From assembly GCA_032718475.1 (NCBI GenBank), contig JAUCBJ010008529.1, positions 53,978-117,977 on the forward strand: a stretch of DNA of 64,000 bases, written 5' to 3'. The notes below the pieces were generated by a model. It was not told where the DNA came from and did no database searches. It saw only the letters and a list, made by a program, of their open reading frames with translations. Both the position numbers and the translations under genes were made by a program. This document shows positions 39,908 through 50,489 of the stretch, in pieces. The DNA is from Nemertoderma westbladi (lineage: Eukaryota > Animalia > Xenacoelomorpha). Numbering within the stretch: position 1 is the stretch's first letter; the number at the start of each line of letters is the position of its first letter.

Positions 39908-41198
39908 TTAGTCTTTCTTGCGCGGACGGCGTTTACGCAGTTTTTTGAAGCTAGCAAGAGTCCTTTTCTCTTTGGGGCGAGCCACTTTACTAGGAGGGCT
40001 ATAACTCCTGGGTGAAGGGTGCAATATGATTGCATCAGAAGGTATGGGATTGCGATCGGTATATCCGCCGGTCGAAGTACTGGGTTGATTGACATCAACG
40101 TCCGGGGAGAGGGGTCTAACGGCTTTGAGAGCTCGTTTCAAGACAGCCGCTCTTACGGGTCCTTTACGAGTGGTCTGAACGAGGGCCGTGGGTGGACCAT
40201 AGGCAGTTAGAAACTTCCTTGGTTTAATGGTTCTTTCCAACTCGCGTTCGCGGGCTTGGTACTCGTAAGGCCGTCGATATACTTCATGTAACTCGATATG
40301 CGTGATTTCTGTTCGACAGAAGCGAATAGATAAGGATGGAACGCATAAATTCCTTTGTAAGCACGTCCAGGATAATAGCGATGGCGCGAATCACGATGTA
40401 AATCAGCGTTTGCTTCCCAAGCTCTAATGTAACGTAGTGTGATCATTTCATCTACGCTTTCCAAATCGCGATTAAAAAGGGCAATCGAAACTGGCGTGTC
40501 CCTTTAGTTGACAGTGGTGACATTGAGTCATAAATTGAGGGCAAACCGCAAAAAATATGCAAATTATTAAATCTGCAATGCGCGCAATAAATTTCCATCG
40601 TCGGTTGTTCGTGGAAATAGGAACAGCGGACGTTTGTGTCCATGGGCGTAACATGGTCTTTCGATGCGCATAACCGACAACGTTGCCGAGAAACATAGTT
40701 GGCATGGCGATAATCGTACGCAGTGAGACACTGTGGACCTTGATACCATTCTAGGATGTAATCGTTGTCGCTGTTCCGAGCGCGATAGGCTGAATCTCTT
40801 CAGATTCCAGACATATTGGTTCGTCTTCCCAGTCTGTTACGAATAGAATTTTCGTGATCTATTCTCGGTTTATCGTTACGACGCCGCTGGGTATGATATT
40901 TAAATAGAACCATTTCCCTTTCGGTGTCTACATCGTCCGTATCATGTAAATCGATAGGATGGCCGGTAGTTAAGAAGTCCATATACGTACCATTACGATG
41001 CGTATAGCGAGCGGTTAATTTTCGATAGTCCAATTCACACGTAAGTTGCTCTTGGGACATCGGCGGTTCGATATAACGACCATCGTCCTCCGTAATAGTC
41101 GGATCGGCTTCACCGCGTATCAAGCTATCCACAAACGCTTGTAAAGGTAGAGTATATCGCTCTCTAATACCAAGGTCATCTTCTATCAATTCCGTCAT
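39908..41198 (-). pseudogene. Decayed accessory ORF2 of the LTR element (~430 codons; Cys/His zinc-knuckle cluster, basic C-terminus)
   Basis: ORF 41198-40800 continues in frame past one TGA into ...CRLCASKDH...CSYFH...YCAHC...H. Shifts at T-runs then give FAVCPQFMTQCHHCQLKGHASFDC and LESVDEM...AWEANADLH; a further shift gives a tail ending KKLRKRRPRKKD. Confidence 0.65.
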
Positions 41199-42822
41199 AT
41201 CTGTTATCTGAGTTTATTAATATCAATATAAGTTAATATTTTAGGCAAGCGGGCGTCACTGCCTACTAGGCCTTTTGCCCCCGGACAGTGGGTTTCTCAG
41301 CGCCGATGTACCGCTGTCGCAGTGTTTACGCCAACATGTAGCAACAGCACGACAACGATAACCGACACAAGTCCCACCACTGTCCGTCCCAAAGACTTGA
41401 ATCCACTTGAGGTTATCTCAGTAGAGTTAGGGCTATTTTACAATTGCGATTAGCTACTGTAAACACACTTTAGTAGTAACATTCACCTATAAACGCACAA
41501 ATTCCATACAATCATTACTTACTGCACACATGCATGCCATTTGTCCGTTAGTCAGTGTCTTCCAGAATGTCACGTTATTACTATGTATCCTTGGATACTA
41601 ATAGTGCGCTATGTATACTCTTATGTTACGCAATGGGACAAGCTTTTATTGTTCCTTTAACTTGCTTCTAATTCTAGCGTGGGTGTTGCCATGGTGACAT
41701 TATGGAAAACTAGCGGTAGAATTAGGATAATTCTCATGCATACAGATCTGGGATGTTATTTAATAGTAATTCTTTAATTGTCAATATCCTCTTTATGCAT
41801 GATTTTATAAATTTTTATCGGCTATTGACTATATGTTGGAGATTCTCACACTCTAACACACTCAATATGAATCTCCGCTCCCATGATCTATTAATTACTG
41901 GAATTTTGGGAATGTTATAAATTGCACAAAATGACAATTTATGAAATTCATTCGAATATGAATTTAATTTATTCCCGTGAATTTTATTATTTGATGTTAA
42001 ATTGACATAAATTTTATTCCAGAGCATATCTGGGGACTCAGGGTCCTTAATTCTGTAAAATTTGTCTTTTAAGAGTATCGGTAAGTGCTACGATATCTTA
42101 ATCGACTAGAATTGTTAACGGATCTGAATTTTACAGATTTTAATAAATATTAAATTAATATTTAGGATGGGCACCAATTTATTCCAGAACTTGTCTGGGG
42201 ACGTTAACCACTGATTCTAGAATTTGTCTTTCAAGTATATCGGTGGGTGCCACGATATCTTAATCGACTAGAATTACAGATGGTCAAAAGTTTAACAGAT
42301 TTATTTGCGATTTACGCTACTGTTAGAGGGACCTCACGCTACTATATGTATTATTTGTTATAAGGTAGAAGAGCAATATCGCACGAAGCAATGTCAGTGT
42401 GAAGAGGCAAGTCGTTTCCAAGGTCTACCCAGAGCTTGGTTTAGCCGAGACACGAGGATCTGAACTTTGCATTCCTAATACTCTGCCTACCAATAATACT
42501 TAAATATAGTAGTGGCTTTACTGTACTTTAAGAAGTACTGACATGTCATCTTACTATAGTCTCGCATTTATAATATAATACGGACAGTAAGGAAAGAGAA
42601 AATAATTACTTCTTGCCGTCGCACTAAATATATATTATAAGTAATTATGTACGTAATAAACACTAATATATTGCACTAATCTACTAACATTCTAAAATAA
42701 CATTTTACTAAATAAAATTAAATAAAACGATTATAATAAAGTACATAATAATCCATACCTAAATATAAAATAATAATAAAAAAATATAAAATAATATAGT
42801 CACACACCCACTCCATATATAA

Positions 42823-45800
42823 TTACGTTATGGAGTCCCTAGATCTTTGTCGAATTAGGGAAGTGGTCGTAGGAAGAGTATCCTGCCTTCCATGGTTTCC
42901 GGACAGTTTTCGGTCTCTTTCCAGTAAACCTAAGCGACCAGCTGGGTGATTAGGCTGTCGTGTTACTTCCGCCGCTCCCTTGGCCTGTCTAATCTCCTCA
43001 GTGGTAAGATGAGGAGGCCATTCATCTTCTTCTTTACTTAGGGAGTCGGGTCCACCTAACCAGCCGGGAGTATCTATCCGTTCTTGAGGAGTTGCTCTTC
43101 TGGAATCGATGTCGGCTGGATTAATCGTCCCAAGGCAATGTCTCCATTGATCTACATTGGAGTTAATATCGTCATTATCTGAGGAGTATGGTGTTCCCTC
43201 AGTTGGATCGTCCACATCACTGCTCTCCACTTCCCCCTTTACTTGGTATACCTGTTGTTGAGGTAATCTCTCTTTGAGAGTTCTACGGGAAGGGCCAGTG
43301 AAGTACCAACCTACTCTAGTTCTTACCGCATAGGTTTGTAGTGGCTGTGGTTGAGCAGGCCGTTTCTCTAATGGCTCGAGCGCCTCATGCGCGTTTTGGC
43401 CGATAAGTATTTGCACTCCAGGATAATCTGTCTGGAATCGAGGTATCTTAAGATGTTGGACGCTCTCATCTTCGTCCCAATTATAAAGGTCTGCTTGAGT
43501 AGTAGCAAAGTTCTTTATAGCCACCATTTTTACTGACCTTATTCCTTGTGTTCCTAACTTATCCTGGGGGGTGGACAACACACCTACATAGTAATCTGCC
43601 GTTAGGGTAGATTTCCAAACCTGCATAATTCCTGACATATTCAATTTAGTCCGGAACTTGGGTTGTCCAGCAAAGATATCTTCGGCTAGTTCTTGATCGA
43701 TGAATGTTCCTGTGCTGCCAGAGTCAAGTAGGGCGTTCACTATGTAACTCTTGTTGGGACCATGAACTCGAACTTGCACTACAGGAAATTCTCTTATTCC
43801 TATGTTGGAAGTTGGAACTTTCCAAGATGGTTGTTTGTCAAAAGGAGTTGGAGTAAACTCGTCAGTGTCCTTTTCATCCGTAAGTGCTCGATACACTGTG
43901 GTATTTATTAGATAACAGGATTCGTTGGCATCGGAGAATTCGTCTGTATAGAATCCTTCCCACTCAGAACCTTGGTCAGTGTCGTTCACATCACTGAATT
44001 GGACATGTAGTTCGGGCTCACTTACCTGACTCGGGTTGTCTCGTTCGAACTCACTGTGTAACAAAATGTGATGTTTCGCGCCACACTTTGCACACTTTGC
44101 GTCGGAGTAACAGGTTCGCCGTTGGTGTCCTGATCTGAGGCAATTATAGCATAACCGCTTATTCCACAGGACTGTACGTCTGTCTACAGGGGATTTCTTT
44201 AGAAATTCAGCACACGCACTCAAACGGTGGGGCCCGTCGCACAGCGCACATTTTGGTTTGATGTTACTCACCTTAACTTGGTTAACGTTCTGCACTCTCG
44301 TTCTTTCTTCGGGCTTTCTTCCGTGAATTCTCTTAGGAGACATAGGAGGAGTTGTTGTTACCTGTTCTCTCCTGTCACTGGTTCGAGACTTGTATTTACT
44401 TACGTCTTTATAGGTCTTGTTGTCATAGTAAGATTTTGCTGTGTCTTTCCCGCTGTCCTCTTCTTGAGAAGCTTGGCTTTCGCCGTCGTCAGTATAACAC
44501 ACTGGTATTATCCTTCTCCTAGAATCGGGTTTCTCACTTACCTTATTTTCCGATGTTTTCTCTCTGGCCTGCCTTATGAGTTGTAATTTTACTTCACTAT
44601 CTAAGAAAGACATGAGATCAGCCATGGTAGGACTTCGTCGTTGTTGTTCATTCATGTACAACACTTTCTTGTCCCAGCGTGTACATACTCCACCCTTTGG
44701 TAAAGTAGAGACTACGGCTCCAATAACCATGGAACTCTGGTATTCGTGCGACTTACCTAACCAGTCCAGTTGTCTACAGATCTCTTGTATTTCATCGGAA
44801 AACTCTATAATCCCACTACTAAGGAAGTGTCGGGGGGCTACCAATTTTGTATACAAATACTTAGCTATGTTGTCTTTATTACCATACCTGATGTTTAATG
44901 TATCCCAAACTTGTCTTAATCCATCTGGATGTCCAATAAACTTTAACGCCATTGACTTGGGAGGTCCTTCCAAACACTTGATGAGGAATCTAAGTTTCTC
45001 TCCGTTAGATAGTACAGAGTTCTGTATGCTATCTTTGTAATATTCGTTGAAAGGTAACCATTTCATCTCATCCCCATTGAATTTGACGATCTCTCCCACT
45101 TTGACCGCTTGGCGGGCTTCTGTTCTAGCCATCTGACGCGTAAAGCTTTCTTGGGCCATCGGGTTATTTAATATCGAATTATCGGTATCCAAATTTCTCG
45201 GATCATTATCAGGTCTATAGGGAATATCATTAATAACAGGTCTATAATCACCCTTAATAGGGTTTGCTATAGGAGTTTCAACTTCACTAGCAGTATAGAT
45301 GCGTGTAGGCTCCACACCTTGCGCATGTGATACTTCAGACCTAACGGGTTGACTCAATGTTACCGGGGGCATTGGTATGCCTTTTTGAATATTGACTAAT
45401 TTGTCGCGTTCTAGCGCGATACTTTGCTGCACTTCTTGCAACTCTGCTCTACTTTCCCTCACTGTTCCCTTAAGTTGGTGGACAGTCTCCTGCATCTGTC
45501 CTAGCAGAAGATTCATCCCCCGCCGTCCCTCTTCCACCCACTCAACCGCCGAAGCGGGAGTCGCCAACATAGTAGCGGGCTGACGCTGGACGACGGGAGA
45601 CAAATTATTGATTTCTCTCTCTGCTATCTGGACAGGGGTGTTTGCATGGGCTGTTCCACCGGGTACAGGCAGTGTAGTACTATGTAAAGGGAATTTAGAG
45701 TTAAGCTCTGGAAGTGCAGGGGTCTCTAGCACAGAAGTGACTTTGGGAACAACAGGCCTAATTATTTCAGGTTCATCGACTATAGTAGGGAGTCTTTTGA

Positions 45801-46926
45801 CCTGGATAAATTGTTCTATGGGTTCTGCACTACCTAAGTCTGTGCTAGTTAGCTGTCTTTTAACAGCTGGGGGCAAATCAGGCAATTTGCGACGGTGAGA
45901 TGTCTTTCTACGCCTACTGAGACGAGATCTATTTCTTCTGCCTTCAGGATCGGTGGTCTCGCCTTCCTCCGATGATGTGTATCCTTGGCGTTTGGGAGTA
46001 GATCGACTCATCATCTGCATTTGACTAGCAGTTAACTGTTTATTTATACTGTCTTGTGTCTCTTGCAGATTTTCCAACTCCAGTTGGGTAGTCTGCTCAG
46101 ACGCTCTCCGTTCTGCTTCTGCTATTGCCTTTGCCGCCTTTCTTTCTGCTTCAGCTTCTGCCGCCGCTCTTGCTGCTGCTATTGCCTTTCTGTCCTCTAT
46201 CGCTTTTTTCTTTACTTGTTCTTCTTGGACTCTAACGAGGCGGAGTTTTTCATCACATTCAGCTTGGTTTGCAGCTAACATTTCGGCATCGATTGCGTCT
46301 AACACAAGCTTGGTTCCTTCACTATTAGGGCGAAGTCCAGACAGTCGTCTCCTCAACTCTTCGTCTCCTACGAATCGCTGATAGTCTGACAGATAGATGT
46401 CAATGGCATCTCTAGTTCGTGGCTTCTCTGCTGCTGTTAATTCGCTTTCCACTTCGCTTTCCACTTCGCTTTCCACTTGGCTTTCCACTTCGCTTTCCAC
46501 TTCGCTTTCTACTTGAGAAGAAGTGGCGTCGGTTGATTCTTCAAAGGTTGGCCGCTCATCATAAACCGTATCCGCCATCTTCGCTCCGCGTTCGGGCGTC
46601 CGCTCAACAGTCTCCGAACTACTGGAGCTATCGGGCTGCTGGGAACTAGGTTCTTGGCTAGGATGTCGCTGCTGTTTGACAGCTGCTTCCTGATCCCGCT
46701 TAACTTGGGCCCGAGTGCCTATGGCAGACCTACGGCGCTTCACTAACTTCGCAAATTGCGAAATCGCTTCTACCAACCTAGGTTCTGACACAACTACTGC
46801 AGGGGTTGCCCTTCTTACAGTAGGAGGGGTCTCAGACCTCGGTCTGGGATTCTCTACACTTTGATCTGAGAAACAGGCTGTTGTTTCTAAAAGACTATCT
46901 GACAGAGTTTGCCTTGTGTCAGCCAT
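42823..46926 (-). CDS. BEL/Pao Gag-aspartic protease polyprotein (1367 aa) with only remnants of RNase H/integrase; no RT
   Basis: Pao-type Gag core (KFNGDEMKWLPF...EKLRFLIKCLEG...L..RYGN). Triple knuckle CALCDGPHRLSAC / CYNCLRSGHQRRTC / CAKCGAKHHILLH. Protease ALLDSGS...ILIGQN...TRVGW..TGP. Pao RNase H tail WRHC.G..NPADI.SR...W..GP..L...E.EWP. No YxDD RT domain. Confidence 0.92.
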   Translation of the reverse strand: MADTRQTLSDSLLETTACFSDQSVENPRPRSETPPTVRRATPAVVVSEPRLVEAISQFAKLVKRRRSAIGTRAQVKRDQEAAVKQQRHPSQEPSSQQPDSSSSSETVERTPERGAKMADTVYDERPTFEESTDATSSQVESEVESEVESQVESEVESEVESELTAAEKPRTRDAIDIYLSDYQRFVGDEELRRRLSGLRPNSEGTKLVLDAIDAEMLAANQAECDEKLRLVRVQEEQVKKKAIEDRKAIAAARAAAEAEAERKAAKAIAEAERRASEQTTQLELENLQETQDSINKQLTASQMQMMSRSTPKRQGYTSSEEGETTDPEGRRNRSRLSRRRKTSHRRKLPDLPPAVKRQLTSTDLGSAEPIEQFIQVKRLPTIVDEPEIIRPVVPKVTSVLETPALPELNSKFPLHSTTLPVPGGTAHANTPVQIAEREINNLSPVVQRQPATMLATPASAVEWVEEGRRGMNLLLGQMQETVHQLKGTVRESRAELQEVQQSIALERDKLVNIQKGIPMPPVTLSQPVRSEVSHAQGVEPTRIYTASEVETPIANPIKGDYRPVINDIPYRPDNDPRNLDTDNSILNNPMAQESFTRQMARTEARQAVKVGEIVKFNGDEMKWLPFNEYYKDSIQNSVLSNGEKLRFLIKCLEGPPKSMALKFIGHPDGLRQVWDTLNIRYGNKDNIAKYLYTKLVAPRHFLSSGIIEFSDEIQEICRQLDWLGKSHEYQSSMVIGAVVSTLPKGGVCTRWDKKVLYMNEQQRRSPTMADLMSFLDSEVKLQLIRQAREKTSENKVSEKPDSRRRIIPVCYTDDGESQASQEEDSGKDTAKSYYDNKTYKDVSKYKSRTSDRREQVTTTPPMSPKRIHGRKPEERTRVQNVNQVKVSNIKPKCALCDGPHRLSACAEFLKKSPVDRRTVLWNKRLCYNCLRSGHQRRTCYSDAKCAKCGAKHHILLHSEFERDNPSQVSEPELHVQFSDVNDTDQGSEWEGFYTDEFSDANESCYLINTTVYRALTDEKDTDEFTPTPFDKQPSWKVPTSNIGIREFPVVQVRVHGPNKSYIVNALLDSGSTGTFIDQELAEDIFAGQPKFRTKLNMSGIMQVWKSTLTADYYVGVLSTPQDKLGTQGIRSVKMVAIKNFATTQADLYNWDEDESVQHLKIPRFQTDYPGVQILIGQNAHEALEPLEKRPAQPQPLQTYAVRTRVGWYFTGPSRRTLKERLPQQQVYQVKGEVESSDVDDPTEGTPYSSDNDDINSNVDQWRHCLGTINPADIDSRRATPQERIDTPGWLGGPDSLSKEEDEWPPHLTTEEIRQAKGAAEVTRQPNHPAGRLGLLERDRKLSGNHGRQDTLPTTTSLIRQRSRDSIT

Positions 46927-48269
46927 GTTTGATTGTACAGTCGAATGCCTACTGCTATATTACAGTTAAAGCAAGTCTAGTAATTCAGTATCACTGTTAG
47001 CCTAATAATTAATTACCGATACTGCTACTCAGTGTAGCGTGATATATATATAATATATTAGAATACCGGTATGCTTATAATATATATAAGTATTATTACA
47101 GACTAGATTTGTCACAGAGTACCGGTATATAATTTTAGCACAAATATATATAAGTATATAATAGGCCTATCGTGAATACCGGTATACAGCTGACACTTAT
47201 AGTATATATAAGTATAATTATTACTAGAATTAATTACAGAATACCGGTATGATTTCAGCTCAAATTTATAGAAATAAATATAATAAGCCTATGGTAAATA
47301 CCGGTATGTCAATTATTTTAGAATAATTGAATTTCTGAATATTTTAGGGTTACTTGGTTACTTTAACTTACCTTATTACCGTTATTTAAGCAGCAGTCCA
47401 ACTGATATTGTAACCTAGTTGTTGTATGGCAGGCCTACTATTTATAAATCGTTTGAGTTGATTTATAATATTTATATACCCGTTATATGGGTTTTTGTCA
47501 ATATTTGAAATAAATGTTATTATTTCTGGGGGAGTCACTACACAGAAGCTGAAAGCCTCTCAGTGAAGTGCTATTTATTTGACACTAAAACTGATAATTC
47601 TAATTTACCTAAGTTACTTAATACTACAAATTACTTACGATACGGGTGAGATTAATTCTCTAATTAAACACAACAAAATATTACGTACGAAATTTTAGGG
47701 TAATTTTACAGGAATTCTACAAACCAGCCTAACAAAGGGTTAGATTTCTGGTTATTATCAACAGACAGGGTACTACGGTATTTGAATAATAAGTAGTAGT
47801 AAATATATTGTACTGTCCAGATAGGAAAATACCACCGCCTGACGACCTATAACCGTATCGCTATAGGTACTACGTTATGTATCACGGATTGTTCCTACCC
47901 AGAAGCTAATAGAGCTAACGAATGTGCCTATCAACCACTTTACAACACAAATATACTGCCTACACTAATTACTTCGGAAGGCACTGTACACTAAACCCTA
48001 AATTAGGTACAAGTACCGGTATAACAAATAATCAGTAGTTAAATATACTTGAACAGTTAAAAGAACCACGGCATCTGCTGGAGTGACCGAAGCACAAAGT
48101 CGTCAGTCTTTACCTACGCCAAGCAGCCCTGATGTAGTACCGGGGTTAGTTTAACTATAACGGTATGTATAACAAGCACAATTACTGTAGGAATAAACTT
48201 GGGGACATGAATGTTGCGAATAATCGCATAAACTCTGAATAATAAATATTACGCTACCCGTACAGAATA

Positions 48270-48800
48270 CTCAAACAAATACAAACCAAACGCTGGCAGA
48301 CCACTATCAAGCCTAAACAAACTACTGTATGTGCAGATTCTGAAACTGTTAGTTAGTATGCGTGCTAACACGGTAGTACGACTTACTCTTTAAGAGGGGA
48401 TTGACCTTACAGTGTTGACTGCCCCAACTTACTAACGGCGCTTGATCAGACCAACTCTACACACGCAGCAATCCCTTCAGACCCAAAAATAGCTAGACAA
48501 CAATCCAGCCTACAAAATATTTGAGTAATAACTATTACGGTACCTGAACAGACCACACAAACAAACACAGGCTAAAACACTGGCAGACTACGATCAAGCC
48601 TAAATAAACTACAGTATATGCAGACTCTGAAACTGTTAGTTAGTATGCGTGCTAACACGGTAGTACGACTTACTCTTTAAGAGGGGATTGACCTTACAGT
48701 GTTGACTGCCCCAACTTACTAACGGCACTTTATCAGACAAACTCTACACACGCCGTAATCTCTCCAAACTCAACAACAGTCAGACAGCAGCTCAGCCTAC
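48270..48800. repeat. ~290-bp-period direct duplication in the element's 5' leader
   Basis: CTGAAACTGTTAGTTAGTATGCGTGCTAACACGGTAGTACGACTTACTCTTTAAGAGGGGATTGACC occurs at ~48340 and ~48627. Confidence 0.85.
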
Positions 48801-49188
48801 AATTATCTGAACAATCTGAGCAGGGTCACACGCCTTCTGCTCAATATTAGCCTACTAGGAAATAAAACCGACAGAAATAGGTAAAATCTCAATAAAAATT
48901 CAGGGCTGCAGTCCCTGATTAGGTACTAAGACCTACCAGTGTACAATCATCAAATCGAATAATACTAAATGTACTTGTACAGCAGTACCGGTACCGGTGA
49001 TGACAGTTAGGCCTACTGACCTACAAAGTACCGGTTCAGTTTTACCGGTCACTACGGTATTTTGCAACCTTATTGCCTACTGCAATAAGATTATAAACTG
49101 TTACTGTTCTCCAGAACAGTATTAAACTGTATTTAATACTTACACTTGCAACCTTATTGCTTACTGCAATAAGATTATAAACTGTTAC

Positions 49189-50432
49189 TGTTCGCGCTTT
49201 CGAAGACCTTTAGCAGTTTAACCTGCCAAATTTTATATGTCTTTTCGTTAATTAAAACCACTTTAGCATACGACAATAATTTATGCTAATACGCAAAACA
49301 TTTGCCGAAGTCAGCCCATGCGCGATCATTCACCCGATGGATCTACACCCGGGAGACTGAATTCGGATGCTTGAATTGTATTATTACAGTGTAAGATTGC
49401 AGTGTATACCTAATGTATTATTCGATAGATCGTTAATAATTAATCTCTGACAGATATTATTGGCTTTCGGGAAATATTAACAGTTCCTTTAGGACGTGGC
49501 GCTTTATCTATTTAAACAGAACTAAGACTTATACTAAACGCAACGATACTGCTTATGATTAAAGTATAAAACGTATTCTTTAGGAAATACTTTGTTACCA
49601 ATCACAATCACACACACTATTCTGCCGACAGTCAGTACATTTGATCACACATAAAGAGAGCAGTAATTGACTCACGTAGGGTCTGCTAAATAACATTGGA
49701 TTCAATACACACCACATTAATATAAATCGCAATTGTTATGTATAGCCGGTCTCTCTAACCTGTAGTGTTATCAAGAAAATTGGGAATTGGGTGATTTATC
49801 CGTATTATCCCAATAGCAATATTTCCATCAACAAATATTTACAATTAATAACTGACGGTAAAATAACAGTACAAACAATATGATTAATGAATTAGTGAGT
49901 GATTTAAGTCAGGTGACACCGCCGGTAACAGTTTATACTTTCGATAATTCAAGCAGTTCACGGTACAGCAGTATCTATCCAAAATGCCGGTGTTTCTGGC
50001 TTAGACAGCAATAACAACAAAAGTAAGCACTCTCTCTCTCTCTCCCAGTCAGAGAGAACACTCTCCTTATGATCGGCAGGAAAGCTACACGTCGACAGGA
50101 AAAACCGCCCTGATTGGCCCAAGCCAAACAAAGAACCACGCTGCCAATGGCTGTTTCCATGTCAGCAACCAGCTGCTAGATGTCGTAATATGAATCATCA
50201 CGGCTAAGCTGTGAAAGGTGGTTTGTGCATTACAAGTTTTTGTCTTACCATGTCCGCTAAAACACGTATATAGCAGAATGATTTTTATGTCCGTTAAAAC
50301 ACCTGTAAAGGTACCTTGCGGGCGAGGGGAATATATATACAGTTAGAAAACCTTTTTTAGAGTATTCCAGCGCCGGGGGGGGAACTGGCCAGCAAAGGCA
50401 AACGTATCAGTTATCCCACAAAAGCTTTTACA
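49189..50432 (-). repeat. 5' LTR (1244 bp)
   Basis: Direct repeat of 38586-39829. The minus strand carries a CCAAT/GC-box-like GGCCAATCAGGGCGG near 50105-50119. Confidence 0.95.
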
Positions 50433-50489
50433 GACCATATTTATTAAGGCGGCAGTGTGCCGCTTTTATATAATTTTTATAAATATAAT

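Larger units (their letters stand above)
38586..50432 (-). mobile_element. Non-autonomous BEL/Pao LTR retrotransposon, 11,847 bp, antisense within intron E-F
   Basis: Two 1244-bp TG...CA direct repeats. 5-bp TSD GACCA at 38581-38585 and 50433-50437. Internal Gag-protease ORF. Purine-rich CTGGGAGCGG immediately before the 3' LTR on the minus strand. Confidence 0.95.

Noticed and set aside
44227-46649. Plus-strand ORFs antisense to gag
   Set aside because: Shadow ORFs of the long minus-strand coding sequence.
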